A DNA stretch of 64,000 nt from Camelus dromedarius (lineage: Eukaryota): contig NC_087437.1 of NCBI RefSeq assembly GCF_036321535.1, positions 28,956,001 through 29,020,000 of the forward strand, in the 5' to 3' direction. Shown here one piece after another: positions 48,601 to 61,910 of the stretch. The stretch's first letter is position 1. Every line of letters starts with the position of its first letter. The notes under the pieces are model-generated. The model saw only the letters and a list, made by a program, of their open reading frames with translations. It made no database searches and was not told the DNA's origin. The position numbers and the translations under genes are program-made.

Positions 48601-51499
48601 TGCTACGAACAGCTATATGCCAAAAATTGAACATCCCAAAAGAAATGATTAAATTCCTAGAATCATACAACCTTCCCAGACTGAATTGCAAAGATATGGA
48701 TAATCTGAGTAAATTGATGACTAGTAAGGACATTGAAATAGTAATCAAAAACCTTCCAAAACACAAAAGTCCAGACCCAGCTGCCTCCACAGGTGAATTC
48801 TACCAGACATTTAAAGAAGATTGATTCAATACCTATTCTTCTCAAACTCTTCCAAGAAATTGATGAGGAGGGACCACCTCCTAACTCATTTTACAAGGCC
48901 AACCTGAGCAAGATACCAAAATCAGACAAGGACAACACACACAAAAAAATTACAGGCCAATATCACTGATGAACATAGATGCAAAAATCTTCAACAAAAG
49001 ACTAGCAAACCAAATTCAACAATACATTAAAAGGATCATACACAATGATCAAAAGGAACTTATCCCAGGGATGCAAGAATGGTCCAATATCCATAAATCA
49101 ATCAACATGATAAACACATTAACAAAGTAAAGGATCAACATCACATTATCATCTTGGTAGATATAGAAAAAGCATTTGACAAAGTTCAACACCCATTTAT
49201 GATAAAAACTGCTAATAAAATGTGTATGGAAGGAATGTTCCTCAACATGATAAGGCTATATGTGACAAACCCACAGCTAACATCACACTCAATGGTGAAA
49301 ACCTGAAAGCTATCCCTCTAATATCAAGAATAAGACAACAATGCCCACTCTTGCCAATTCCCACTCAACATAGTATTGGAAGTCCTAGCAAGAGCAATTA
49401 GGCAAGAAAAAGAAATAAAAGACATTCAGATTGGAAAGGAAGAAGCAAAACTACAATGATTTACAGGTGACATGATTTAAGATATAGAAAACCCTGAAGA
49501 CTTAACAAACAAACAAAAAAAACTGTTAGAAATAATAAACAAATATAGTAAAATTACAGAGTATAAAATCAATATACAAAAAATCAATGTACAAAAATTT
49601 GTTGCAAGGGAGGAGGGTATAGCTCAGTGGTAGAGTGAGTGCCTAGCCTGCACAAGATCCTGGGTTTAATCCCCAGTACCTCCATTAAAGATAAATAAAT
49701 TTTTAAAGACCTAGTTACCTCTCCCACAAAAAATATTTTTTAAAACCTATTGCATTCCTATTCACTAACAACAAACTAGCAGAAAGAGAAATTAAGAAAA
49801 CAATCTCATGTATCGTTGAAACAAAAAGAATAAAATACCTAGGAATAAAGCTTATGAATTGGAAGGATTAATACTGTTGACTGTACTCCCCAAGGCAATC
49901 TACAGAGTCAGTGCAATCCTGATTAAAATCCCAATGACATTCTTCACAGAAATAAAACCCAAAGAAATCTTAAAATTTGTATGTAACCAAAACAACAACA
50001 ACAATAAACCATGAATAGCCAAAGCAATCCTGAGAAAAATAAAACAAAGCTGTAGGTATCACACACCCTGATTTCAAATTATACTACAAAGCTATAGTAA
50101 TCAAAACAGCATTGTATTGGCAGAAAAACAGGCACACAGATCATTGGACAGAATTAAGAACCTAGAAATAAACCAACACATATGTGGACAATTAATTTAT
50201 AACAAAGGAACAAAGAGTATACAATGGAGAGATGACAGTCTCTTCAGTAAATGGTGTTGGGAAAACTGGACAGCCAATTGCAAAAAGAATTAATCTAGAA
50301 CACTATCTTACACCTCAGAAAAGTTATCTCAAACTGGATTAAAGTCTTGAATGTAAGACCTGAAATCATAGAACTTCTAGAAGAAAACATAGGCAATATG
50401 CTCTTTAACGTTGGTCTTAACTATATCTTTCTAGATACGCCTTCTCAGGCAATGGAAATAAAAGCAAAAATAAATAAATGGGACTACAGCAAACTAAAAT
50501 GTTCTGCCTAGCAAAGAAAACCATGAACAAAACAAAAAGGCAACCTACCAAATGAGGAAGATATTTGCAAATCGTATGTCCAATGAGGAGTTAATATCCA
50601 AAAAACTCATACAATTCTACAACAAACAACAAACTGAGTTAAAAATGGGCAGAACATTTGAATTGATTTTTGAACAAGAATTCATACAGGTGGCCAACAG
50701 GCACATGAAAAGATGTTCAGCATCACTAATTTTTAGGGAAATGCAAATCAAAACCACAATGAGATAGCACCTCATGCCTATTAGGATGGCTTTCATCAAA
50801 GAGGCAAGAAATAACAAGGGTTGGCAAGGATGTGGAGAAAAGGGAACCTTCATACACTGTTGATAGGAAAGCCACTATGGAAACTAATATGGAGATTTCT
50901 CAAAAAATTAAGACTAGAACTACCACATGATCCAGCTATTCTACTTCTGGATATTTATCCAAATAATATGAAAACACTAATTCAAAAAGTTACATGTGCC
51001 CCTATGTTCATCACAGCATTGTTTACAGTAGCCAAGATATGGAAACAATCTAAGTGTCCATCAAAGGATGAATGGATGAAGATGATGTGGTACATATATG
51101 CAATGGAATACTATTCAACCATAAAAAGATGAAATCTTGCCATCTGCAACATCGTGGATGGATCTTGAGGTTATTATGCTAAGTGAAATAAATCAGACAG
51201 AGGAAGACAAATACTGTAATATTTCACTCATATGTGGAATATAAAAAAAATGAACAAAACAAAATAAAACAAATAGATGGATACAGAGAATAGATTAGTG
51301 GTTACTAGAGAGCAAGGGGCACGGGGAAAGGTGAAATACGTAAAAGGGGTCAACAGTACAGTGACAAATGGAAACAAAACTTTGCATTGTGAGAACATTG
51401 TAGTGAATACAGAAGTTGACATACAATGTACACAGGAAACTTACATAATGTCTGAACCAATGTTACCTCAATAAAGGGGTGAGGTACAAAAAAAAAAAA
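45687..51499 (+). mobile_element. near full-length inactive L1 (5' UTR, partial ORF1, decayed ORF2, 3' UTR, poly-A)
   Basis: 5' end gtggagtgacatctgcatcatggc; EN start near 47430; ORF2 peptides WRLNNMLL, YQNLWNAAKA, FLESYNLPRLN, GEFYQTFKE; aataaa and A14; TSD aa(a/g)aggacatgaactt at 45671-45686 and 51500-51515; many stops and frameshifts. Confidence 0.95.
49608..49741 (+). mobile_element. tRNA-derived SINE (Vic-1-like) inside L1 ORF2
   Basis: gggtatagctcagtggtagag...gggtttaatcccc; degenerate TSD aaaatttgttgca / aaaacctattgca. Confidence 0.9.
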
Positions 51500-51809
51500 A
51501 AGAGGACATGAACTTATGGAAGTGACTGGGTATTCTCCTATAATATCTTCACCTGTCTTTGAAATCTCCTTATTGCCAGCATTTGAGCTACTCTTTCAGT
51601 CCAAAGATCACTCTCCTTGACAGAAAAGAAGAAAAGCAATATAAGAATAAAAGAGCTCTACTTTCTCTTTGTCATTTTCTCACACTGAATTATCACCCCC
51701 AAGAAACAGATGATAACTTCCTTATTCTCCTGATTTTTCTAACTATACCTAAAATAATGCAGGCTGCTGTCCTAGACATTTGGAAGGCCTCAGCTCCTTA
51801 GGGAGATGG

Positions 51810-52050
51810 TAGTTGGCATGGCATAGTACTTAAGGCTCCAGGTTTTAGAGACAGGTTACCTCCATCTAAATCCTGAGTCCATCACTTACTCATTGTGCAA
51901 CACTGAGTAAACTAGTTATCTTTGTTCCCTCATCTGCAAAAAGAAGTTGATGGTGTCTGCTGCACAGGGCTTTTGTGAAATTCTAATATGTAAACATGTA
52001 AAGCACTTGGCTCAGGATCTAGTCATTCACACAAGAAAATAGTTGATAAG
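51810..52050 (+). mobile_element. MIR remnant
   Basis: ctaaatcctgagtccatcacttact...ccctcatctgcaaaa...catgtaaagcacttggc. Confidence 0.65.
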
Positions 52051-52199
52051 CGATCCAGTAAGAGTGCTTAAAGCCTTAGATATCTGTGCACGCCAAAGCA
52101 CAGAGCATGGGAAATACACAAAGTGCATTTGAAACAAGCTATCAAAAATTGATAAATTACACTTCACAGGTTTCCTTGAATATTAGTGGGATTAGATTT

Positions 52200-52728
52200 C
52201 TGGTGGAAGTGTGGTAATTATAGGGTTGTTTGCTGAATCTGAGCCTCACTTCCTCCTGGTGAAAGGACCTTCCTCAAAACAGTACCTGGCAAAAGCTAAT
52301 CCCACCCCTATCTCCGGGGGTGAGCCCTGATTAATTTAATTCAGTCAGCATGTACCGTCTGATAGCCAAAATTGATTGCCTACAGATGGGCAGCTGACCT
52401 AGCTGGACACTGAAACACAAGAAAATATGTACTGTGGCCTTTAAGAAGGGAACATCTTTGCTTTTGCCTGAAATCCACAGAGGGATTTTTCTTTACTGCT
52501 AGGTATGAATATGGTCACTAGAAGCAGTTGAAAGCCTTTTGTAATGCTTTAGGGTCACAAAGCAGTCAAATTGAAAGTTACCTTGTTAAGTCACTGGATC
52601 AAGCCTTACCTGGGGCTTACACTAATTCTTGATTTTATTTTATATGAATCAGTAAATCATTTTTATTGCTTGACCAATTTGGAGTTAGGTTTTCAGTTAG
52701 TTGATACCAAAAACATCCTAACTAATAA
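52200..52728 (+). mobile_element. old ERVL/MaLR-class LTR (LTR16/LTR33/MLT1K-like)
   Basis: ctggatcaagccttacctg...ccaatttggagttaggttttcagtt...aaacatcctaactaata. Confidence 0.55.
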
Positions 52729-55700
52729 AATGATGCAATAGTATTGCCTCTTCAAAAGAAACAGAGGCAAACAGGTATTGTTTACCAAAAGGAAATGTAT
52801 CAGTGTGTGCAGAAAGCCACAAATCTGAAATTGTATGCATGCAGAAGCACACAGAGAAGTAGCTCAATTTGATAAAGACAAAGTTGGGCAGAACAGAAGT
52901 GCTGTTTTGTAAGTAAGCTATAGACTGCCCAGTTAGAGAAAGAAAATGATGCTTTGTTTCTGAAACACATCACTATTTTCATTCAGCCAACAACTGAGTA
53001 TTTCTGTAGATGAGAATTAGAATGATATCCAGACTGCTGACTATATGAAACAGATGATTTCCTGGAGCATATTGTCATGGCTCTATTTGAATTGAATAAA
53101 GAAGGGCTTTAAGGAGGAGTTCTAAAGGAATAGAAAAGGGCTTTTGTAATACCAATCGAGGAGAGGAGAGGAGACCGATTTTTTTTAAGCAATAAAGTAC
53201 GGGAGCAATATGTTGAAGTTACATATTGAAAAGTTACTGTTTTGATTGCATTCTGCTTTATCTGAATTACATCATCACACAGCTCAAAGGTAAGGAATGT
53301 TCTTCTTTGATGACCAAAAGTAGCTGAATGTGTGGCAGGGGGTGAACTGGAGAGGTGCACCAGGCACCGTTCAAGATACGGGGACGAGGTGGAGACATCA
53401 AGAGTTGCAGCTCGGTCAACATTCAACAGTCAGGACCAGGCTAATTGTGGGACCAGTTTGGACCTGAATTGTCCTATAGAAATGCCAAGGAAAACAACCA
53501 ATGGAGAGTGGTATGTTAGCCTACATACTTTGATGCAGGATTTTAAAAAGTTGAATTGCTTTTCAAGTGACATGGGTAAGTTTATGGAATTGAGGTTTTT
53601 CACCTTCATGCATCTCTCTTTAGTGTTGGGGTGAAGAGGACTGAGCTCATGTACGTGGAGAATTTAGGACAAAGCCAGTACAGGGTAAGCACTCTTAAGC
53701 ATTAGCTGCTAATATTCTTATTGTAAGATAGAACATGCTGGATGCCAGAGGAAGGAAGTCCTCTAGGCCATAGTCCTGGGCCTGTCATTAGGCTCAAGCC
53801 TAGATAATCTCTCCAGATTCCTCCTTTGAGAATGGCCACTCATTAGCACCAAGCCATCTCCTCTGAAGCCACTAGTCCACAGGCAAAAATGTGAGTACAG
53901 ATAGATGGAGAGCCTTGTCAGGAAGCAGCAGAAGGTCAGCTCCTTTCAAATCCATGAAAGACATTGTCCATATGCCTTTGCAAGGATGGAGAGCTTAGGC
54001 CTCTTGGTCTTGAGGGCTGGGAGCACCCTGCAGGTGCAATGCACTGTGTCAAGTCTGGGATTTCTGGAGGAGGCTGCGGGGTAGAGAGGTCATAGGCACT
54101 GTGTGTGGAATCAGCTCAGACCCCAAATGTCCACTGGAGTAGCCATACCATATGCAGTATTACCTCAGTCCCTTCTAAGCACTAAACCTCTCCTGTCCAC
54201 TGCCGACTCCCGCAACAGCTCCCATGGTGAGCGGTCTCCCTCAGAAAGAACCTGGAGGAGTCAGAGGGTGGTGGTTGATTCACCTTGGCCAAATCGTGCA
54301 GAGGGTGGAAAGAAAGAGAAAACCTAATGCTGCAAGCTAGGAGATGGGTTGGACACAACAAAGCTGCACAGAATGAGACTGAACGATGGTGGTGGGGCGG
54401 GGGTGTTAAAGAACAGTGACCTTTGCAGAAGCATTCCAGAAGGATGGCTCTCTCAGGGAACTTTATGATGCAAGTGGCCATAATACGGCATTTGTTTTCG
54501 GCATTGGCAACATATTTGCATTCCAGACAACTTCTCATAGGGTAGAAAGCTAGAAAAACAAGAAGTGTGCACATTACTACACACTGAGTGGGCAGTCAGG
54601 ACCCCTCCTATAGGCTGCTGAGGAGAAGCCAGCAGGTTTGGGATCATATTTAAGGAGTAAGAACTCCCTACCCTCGCCCCTTGTGCATCACCCGCCCGTG
54701 ACGAGGGGCAAATCTGACCTGCAGTGGTGGCCTAGTAGAAGTTGATAGAGGCCAGCAAACCTGTATTCTAATTTGATTCCAATGGAAGCAGAACAGAACA
54801 AGAAGCCTCCATCTAAACAACTTGTCTATGGTGATGGCTTCCTTCGGGTGCTACTTCCAAGGCTGCTCCACATGGCCCAGAAATCCCAAGGCTTCTAGCT
54901 TGAACCCATTCCCATCAAGGGAGGAATCTTGGGACCTGGCTTCTCTGAGGTGTGTTTCAATTAGGTGTGTTCAAAATATCCTGTTATTCCCCCAGGGAAC
55001 TCCCTGCTCAAGAGGTTTAGTAGAACTTTCTAGGGACTTTACACCCAGAGCTGAAAGACAATGGAGCTAAGATAACAGATACACTTCCCAGACGTTACAA
55101 TAATAACCTCTTCACTCCCAGTTTTTGGCATTTGGATAGGAGCCACTGCTGCTCTTCTCTGTTCTGGTTACAAGGGGGCAAAAATAGCCACGTCCCTTCG
55201 TGTAAAACTAAGTGGGGAAAAAAAAAGAGAACTCGGAGGGGTTTTCTGTATGCCTTTGGCATAATACCTTGAGATAGAAAAACCATGACTGTGCATGTAG
55301 GATCAGGAGCTGTAGGCCAGCCATCAGGCCTTGCTAGAGAACGTGGGTGTTACAGAAAGTCACAAGAGAACTGTGTAGAGGACCCAGTGTTTGGTGGCAG
55401 ATTGGGGAAGATTACAGCCAGTTTCTGAAGTGTGACTGGAGGTGAGCATTGTTCATGCGAAGACAGTGTACTCCATCCCGGGACAGTGACACAGACACAC
55501 AGAGACAAGAACAGCAAAAAGCTTCAAGGAGGGCCCCCGTGAGTCCTGCCCAACCCAGGCAGAATTAGGAGATGCAGCTCTGGGTACACAGGAATGGTGT
55601 TAACAAAACTAAGGGGAGGAGGTGGGGCAGGGTGAAGGGGAGAAAAAGAAATCTTGAGGGAGAGAGTCCAGGAGGGTGTTCCCTGCTGAACTGAAGGTGG

Positions 55701-56569
55701 GGAGTATGCTATAGGAGGTGCACAGAGAATCTGGGGCTCCCGCCCTGTGCCCAGGCAAGCAGGATAGAACAAAGAAGCCAGTCCAAATTCTTTGCTACCA
55801 GAGCTCTGCCTGAGTTATTATATCGCTCGATCCTGAAGTAACACACTAGCAGAACATTCTCTAGGGTTTTACATGTGTTGGCGTGACTTGCTAATGATAA
55901 GAGCCATTTGTTGTCATCCCGTTTTAGTGGAAGTTACGCATAACACATCTGGTATTGTTCCTTTCTTATTAGTCCACGACTATTTGGGTGCTAGACAGAG
56001 TGAGCACAAGGGGTAAGGACGATTTTAGGAGGAGATTCTCAAGTCTGTAATAGTTAAACGCTGACACACTAATCCACAAAATCCCAGATTTCCAAATCTC
56101 TGATTCCTATAAACTTCCAGCATCCCAGATAACAAGAGGAGAGGCAATAAAGGACACTAACAGTAATCATTTGGTGTCTTCAGATACAGGAATGAGGACA
56201 ATAAAATTTGATGTCCAAGCATGCTCCCTGCTATCTCCAGCTGGCACAGTGACCCTGGGAAATTAATCATACAAGTGAGGCCTAGACAGACATGTATGCT
56301 CTCTGCATGGAAATCTAAGCTACAAGATCTGGTGTGGCTTCGAGAGCCTCTTTCTCTAACAGCAACGTAGTAAAGTCGACTCAAGTAAGCCCAAGGCCCA
56401 AGGCAGAAGGCCATGGCAGCGTATTTCTCTCGCTCCCGATGTGGTGAGTGGCTGTGTCGAGCAGCTCAGAAACTACAGTTGCAACTATAGCAGTAAAACA
56501 AACCCCATAACCTTAGGAGAAGCTAACATAAACCTAACGTCTATTAGAAACCTAACACAAAGCAATAAT

Positions 56570-56830
56570 TTTAAAAAACAGTTAAAGCTCATATAGTCCT
56601 TGCGTTGTGCCAGGCACCGTTCTGACACTTTCCATTTGCAGTAGTGTTAATACATTAATTCCTCACAATGCCCCTATGTGGTAGGCATTTCTATTACCCC
56701 TGTTTCGTAGATGAGGAAACTGAGGCGCAGGAAGTTTAGGACTTGCCCAAGGACAGACAGCTAATTAGTGACAAAGTCAGGATTTAAACCCACACAGCCT
56801 GGAACTACAGTAAACTGCCTTGCTACTGTA
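56570..56830 (-). mobile_element. MIR
   Basis: gtgccaggcaccgttct...tagatgaggaaactgaggc...gacttgcccaagg...ggatttaaaccc. Confidence 0.85.
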
Positions 56831-57369
56831 CCAGGCGTGATGCTGACAAAAGCACAAATGCAAACAGGCACTAGATGTGTGCAGTAGTACTGCTTATAAA
56901 ACAACCAGTGAAGTGACTTGGGGAAAGATTACATCAGCATAACATTGTCATTGCTAGAAAAACACAAACTAAAAAGATCATCATAAAAAAAAAAATTACA
57001 GGACCCAAGAACATGTCTGGGAACTTGGAAAGCTTTGAAAAACACTGCTCAAGTTCTATGAGGCAATGCGTGGAGGAGGGATTTGTAAACACCCCACTTT
57101 CTGTCTCTCTCTCTCTGTCTTCTGAATTCTGTGCCCTTCAGTAAAGTCAAATCAAATTTGATCATACCACTTTCTTCCTCATAAATTATCGGTGAATCTG
57201 TATTACCTACTACAGAATGAAATTTAAGTCTGGCCTCGATGAACTTCCAGGCCATACCTTCAGCACTGTTCCTCTGCATCACAGAGCTCCGGCCACTGTG
57301 AACTTCTGGCCTGGCCTCAAACACACCATTCTTTTTCATGCCTTTCAGCTTTCCCAAAACAAGGTCTGA

Positions 57370-57520
57370 AGGCCATCAGCCCTAGAATCAGTTGAGGACC
57401 TTTATAGAAGCGATGTCTCCAGGGTTTTACTGAAACTGAATGCATTTGGCCAAGGAATTTGTATTTTAAAAAACCACGCGATTTATTTTTCATGTACATT
57501 AATGTTTGAGGGCCACATCT
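57370..57520. mobile_element. MER5-like hAT remnant
   Basis: tagaatcagttgagg...tactgaaactgaat...caaggaatttgtatttt...gtttgagggccac. Confidence 0.5.
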
Positions 57521-58099
57521 CATTGCTAATGGCGATCCCTCTTCCCATCTGTCCCTCCACATTTCAAATATCATCTCCTTAAGAAAAATCTTTTTAACCT
57601 TCTCCTTTCCTAGATAAAACTGGCCCCTCACGCCCTTCTGTACAGCCATTTTCAGTACCTCTACCCGGCACCTCTGGTACCTATTTTTTATTTTTGTGGT
57701 CTATACTGCGATTTCTTTAGGGATCTTAAATCATTTGCGAACAAGTTTATATTGGCCTCTGGAGGTCCACTGACAGAAGGAGCAGCCTGGAGACTGATGG
57801 GGCACAAGAAAGTACACTCACAGGGAAGTGTGCCCGGTGCTCTGAAAGGCAGAAGGCAGGGTGTGTGCAAGCTGCAGGGGCACTTAGACCAGTGAAGCAG
57901 GCCAGGGGAGCTTCTCAGGGAGCTGATGTCTGAGCTGCTGCTGGTGAAGGGAATGAGCTGCCCAAGAAAAGGAGGAGAGAGTGTGTGGCCTGAAGGGAAA
58001 GCACCCCAAGGCAGGGGGCGTGTGTGTGTGTGGGGAGGGAATCATGAGGGAATGAATAGATGAATAAATCCATACACACGTAATTAATTAAGCATCATG

Positions 58100-58505
58100 A
58101 TACAGTTGAATAGTAGGACATAGCGTAGTATTCGTAAGGGTATGACCTTTAACAATCCCACTTTGAAATTCCAGCTTTGTCAGTTTCAGCTAACTGACTT
58201 AGGAAGGCTATATAATCTTTCTGAATATCTTCATTTATATAATGGTTGTAGTCATATTTACCTCCTAAGAATGTTATCGCAACTAGGTGACAAAGTATTT
58301 AACATGATGCCATATAGTAGGCTTTTTTTAAAAGGTAGTAAGGATCTGACTTTCAAATCCCAGCTCCACCCCTAAACTAAACCTGTGTGGCCTTGGGCAT
58401 GAAGCTGATTTTGTCAGCCTCAGTCTCCCTCACAGCCTCCGCTGTCCAGTGAACACATGCACATAGGAAACCCTGTAAATGATTGTCACTGTGGTTATCA
58501 TTATT
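58100..58505 (+). mobile_element. MIR remnants (two adjacent fragments)
   Basis: ttgaaattccagctttgtc...; ttcaaatcccagctccacc...ctgtgtggccttgggca...gcctcagtctccctca. Confidence 0.6.
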
Positions 58506-58678
58506 GCCGTCCATTACAAATACATTTTTGCCTGTCACTTCTGCCACATGACTACATTGTCTGTGTTTGAAAGGTTAGCATTCTGAAAGAAATTGGACGA
58601 TTTTTCAGCTGTAAAACATTTTTCTTTATTCTAGATTGTAAAACCAGTATTTTAAAAACCACATCCAATTACAGGTGA

Positions 58679-58697
58679 TTGCCACAAGGTGGCTCCA
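58679..58697 (+). promoter_or_regulatory. CTCF-like motif
   Basis: TTGCCACAAGGTGGCTCCA matches the core CCACNAGGTGGC; lies in non-repeat DNA. Confidence 0.45.
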
Positions 58698-59259
58698 GAC
58701 CATCTCTATTATTTACGAAGTATTAAATCACCTTTCTGAAAAAGTTGTTTTTCAAGAAATACCGTGAGAACAACTGTGATTTTGTTTGTTTTACAAAGAA
58801 TCATAACACTGTAAAAACAAGCTCTTAATCATTTCATGTTTTTATTCCTGTGTCCTTGCTAAAGGTAGGAATCATTTTAATTGAGGAATACATATATGTA
58901 AGAATTTATATTCAGATACAATTTCATCATGGTTGATATTCGCTCAGTCATATCATTTTACTATATTGTTGTTGCTGTCTGAAATTACATCTTTGTTTCT
59001 TGTTCATTTAAGTTTGTATACTATCTAGCATTTTTATAAATAATACCAAAAATCTGATTATTAGGGAATACGAGAATAAAGGACTGATTTTTTTTCAATT
59101 TTCATTTAGAAGATTGATTTCAGGACTCTTCAATTTTTGAGTTTCACTTTTCAAAACAAATGAAACTTACAAACTTTCCATGATGCTTTTTACGGCATTT
59201 GCTTTTATAGTTCAAGGTTCCTAGTGCTTCAGACAAACTGATTTAAGAATGAATATGGA

Positions 59260-59414
59260 GGGGGATGGGTATAGCTCAAGTGGTAGAGTGCATGCTTAGC
59301 ATACACAGGATCTTGGGTTCAATCCCTAGTACCTCCTCCCAAAATTAATAAACCTGTTTACCTCCCCCCACCAAAAAAATAATAAAATAAAATAATTTTA
59401 AAAAAGAAAAAAAA
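59260..59414 (+). mobile_element. tRNA-derived SINE (Vic-1-like)
   Basis: A and B boxes; TSD aagaatgaat(a/g)tgga at 59245-59259 and 59415-59429. Confidence 0.92.
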
Positions 59415-60060
59415 AAGAATGAATGTGGAAAGATACAGGTGCAGCCAAACCTTCAGTGCATTTGCTCTGAGTTCTGCTTCGATGCCACTCCTGTTTACCC
59501 TGGAGTTTTTTCCGTTGGAAATGCTACAACCATTAATTGTGAGAAAAGATGTTTTCTCATTGATCTCCCTGGAAAGCGTGAGTGAGATTCTGACACTGCT
59601 GTTAAGTCTTTCTCCCAGGCTTACTGCTGGGAGTTTATTTTTAGCATTTTGCTTCTCCTAGAAACTGGAGTGCTGCTGATCCTCTCTTCCTGGGAACTGC
59701 TGGCTTATACTTCCTCAGCTGAGCTCCAGCACGGACTCCTACATCAACTGTGAAAAGATTTCTCTCTGGCCCCCAATTTTCATTTCTTAAGAGACATCGT
59801 TTTCCGTGCAAATTTCATAATATATAATACTTTTACATGAGTGAAGCCCCCTTCTGAGTAGGAATTGGAACACAACACAAACTCAGACACACACATCCAT
59901 ACACACGTGTGTAAGCAACATGTATTTGAATGTGTATTTTATATGAGTGGAATATGCTATCTTATTTACATCTGGACTTGAACTTGGGGTTCATACAGGA
60001 CCTCTGGCAAAGGCCCATGGCGTTTACCACCGTTCTTCCCTCTTCTCTTTCACTTGTCAG

Positions 60061-60141
60061 CTTCATTCATTCACACATTCTGGCTGAACTCAGTGTGTTT
60101 GAGATTGGGACCCCTGCCTTAAGGCTCTGAAGGCAGGAAGG
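60061..60141 (+). other. candidate non-coding exon (81 nt)
   Basis: ttcttccctcttctctttcacttgtcAG acceptor, AAGG|GTAAGT donor; stops in all three frames. Confidence 0.3.
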
Positions 60142-60319
60142 GTAAGTGCATCTAGAGGAAAAGGGAGGTGGGAGAGACTTCATCTTATAACTGGATAAAT
60201 GATTCATAGATTGGGGGCTAACTTGGCTGTGACGTCATTAAACAAGACTTTAGAATCCGATGGTCAGAAGCATAAATGAGGTAAAGGATTCTTCCACCTG
60301 TATACTTCTAGGACTCTCG

Positions 60320-60952
60320 TTTTTTTAAATTGAAGTATAGTTGCTGTGTAGTATTATATAAGTTACAGGTGTACAGTATAGTGATTCACAATTTTTAAAG
60401 GTTCTACTCCACTTATAGTTATTATAAAATATTGGCTATACTCCCTGTGTTGTCAAATATATCCTTGTAACTTATTTTATACATAATAGTTTGTACCTTT
60501 TACTCTCCTACCCCTATATTGTCCCTCCCCGCTTCCCTCTTCCCACTGGTCACCACTGGTTTGTTCTCTATATCTGTCAGTCTGCTTCTTTTTTGTTATA
60601 TTCACTAGTTCATTATATTTTTACATTCCACATATAAGTGATATCATAAAGCAAAGGAAATAAAAGCAAAAATAAACAAATTAAACTTAAAAGCTTTTGC
60701 ACACCAAAGGAAACCATTGACAAAACAAAAAGACAACCTACTGAATGGGGGAAAATATATGTAAATGATTTAGCTGATAAGGAATTAATATCCAATATAT
60801 ATAAACAGCTCATACAACTCAACAGAAAAAAAAAAACCCAATTAAAAAATGGGCAGAAGAACTGAATAGACATTTTTCCGAAGAGGGAATGCAGATGGCC
60901 AACAGGCACATGAAAAGATGCTAAACATTACTAATCATCAGAGAAAATCAAA
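60320..60952 (-). mobile_element. L1 with 5' inversion
   Basis: 60320-~60648 is antisense 3' UTR behind a T run; ~60649-60952 is sense-strand ORF2 3' region. Confidence 0.8.
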
Positions 60953-61784
60953 TCTCATTCATTTTTTGCAGAACTTGAACAGAAAAAGGCATGTGTAGTA
61001 CAGAAAGTCAATGTGATAATGAACATGAAATGGTTAAATATTAGACCTCCAACTACCGGGTTCTCTGTAGTGTAACTCAGGAAGCAACAGAGAGTACAGT
61101 TGTTTCTGCAGTGGAAGAGTTCCTCAGGTTACAACAAATCTGGAAGGTGTTCTGCCAAAATCCAGAACAGGATGAGATATTCTTGATAAAGGACCACCCA
61201 GAGATCTGGTATACGGCACAAACCCAGAGACATCATTTCAGGAGAACAAGCAGCTAGGGTGAGCATTTTGTTAATAATGCCTGGAGCAGAAATTTCTTCA
61301 TTAAGCTTTGTGTAATTCTGAGCACAGGTAGTGTAACCATAGACAGACATTACTTAGAGGCTAACTCTGAGTAACTGCAGATGGAGAGAGAATTCTTTTT
61401 AACTAGAGATTAAGTCAATGACATAGAAAAGCAGCCTAGCTGGGATGAGTTGAGGGCATAAATCTAGAACAAAGAACAAGCAAGAGGGTCGAATACATAG
61501 TTTGATCAGGTTGGACAGTTCTCTTTTGCTCTCGGGAGTGAGTTTGTGTGCAGTTAAAATATGTATGTTTGAAACATGTTTATGTTAATTAACCTAAAAG
61601 AGCCTTGATATTCAGAACTCTCAGCTAGGTTCTTATTCTCAGCCCATCATCAGGTATCTCCCAGACGCATCAATGGAAGAAAATTATATTTGCTATCTCA
61701 ATGGGATTTTCTTGTCACTTGACTTATACCTGGTTATAGGTGGCTTATAATACAGAGACGCTAAAAATTATGGAACACAGTTGG

Positions 61785-61910
61785 CAGGGACTAGGTTGAT
61801 TCAGTGGAGGCACAAAATTTAAGGTGGCATTCACTCTCAGGGTCATTCAGGTGCAGGGTCAGGACCCAATACTGAGCGTCACCTTAAATTTTGCGTCCCA
61901 GTTCAAGCTT
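61785..61910. mobile_element. MER96-like palindromic hAT MITE
   Basis: Arms ggcacaaaatttaaggtggcattca (61809-61833) and tgagcgtcaccttaaattttgcgtcc (61873-61898). Confidence 0.7.

Noticed and set aside
47430..51132. Active L1 ORF2
   Set aside because: Fragmented by stops, frameshifts, deletions and a SINE insertion.
61809..61898. Novel hairpin RNA or pre-miRNA
   Set aside because: Explained by a palindromic MER96-like MITE.
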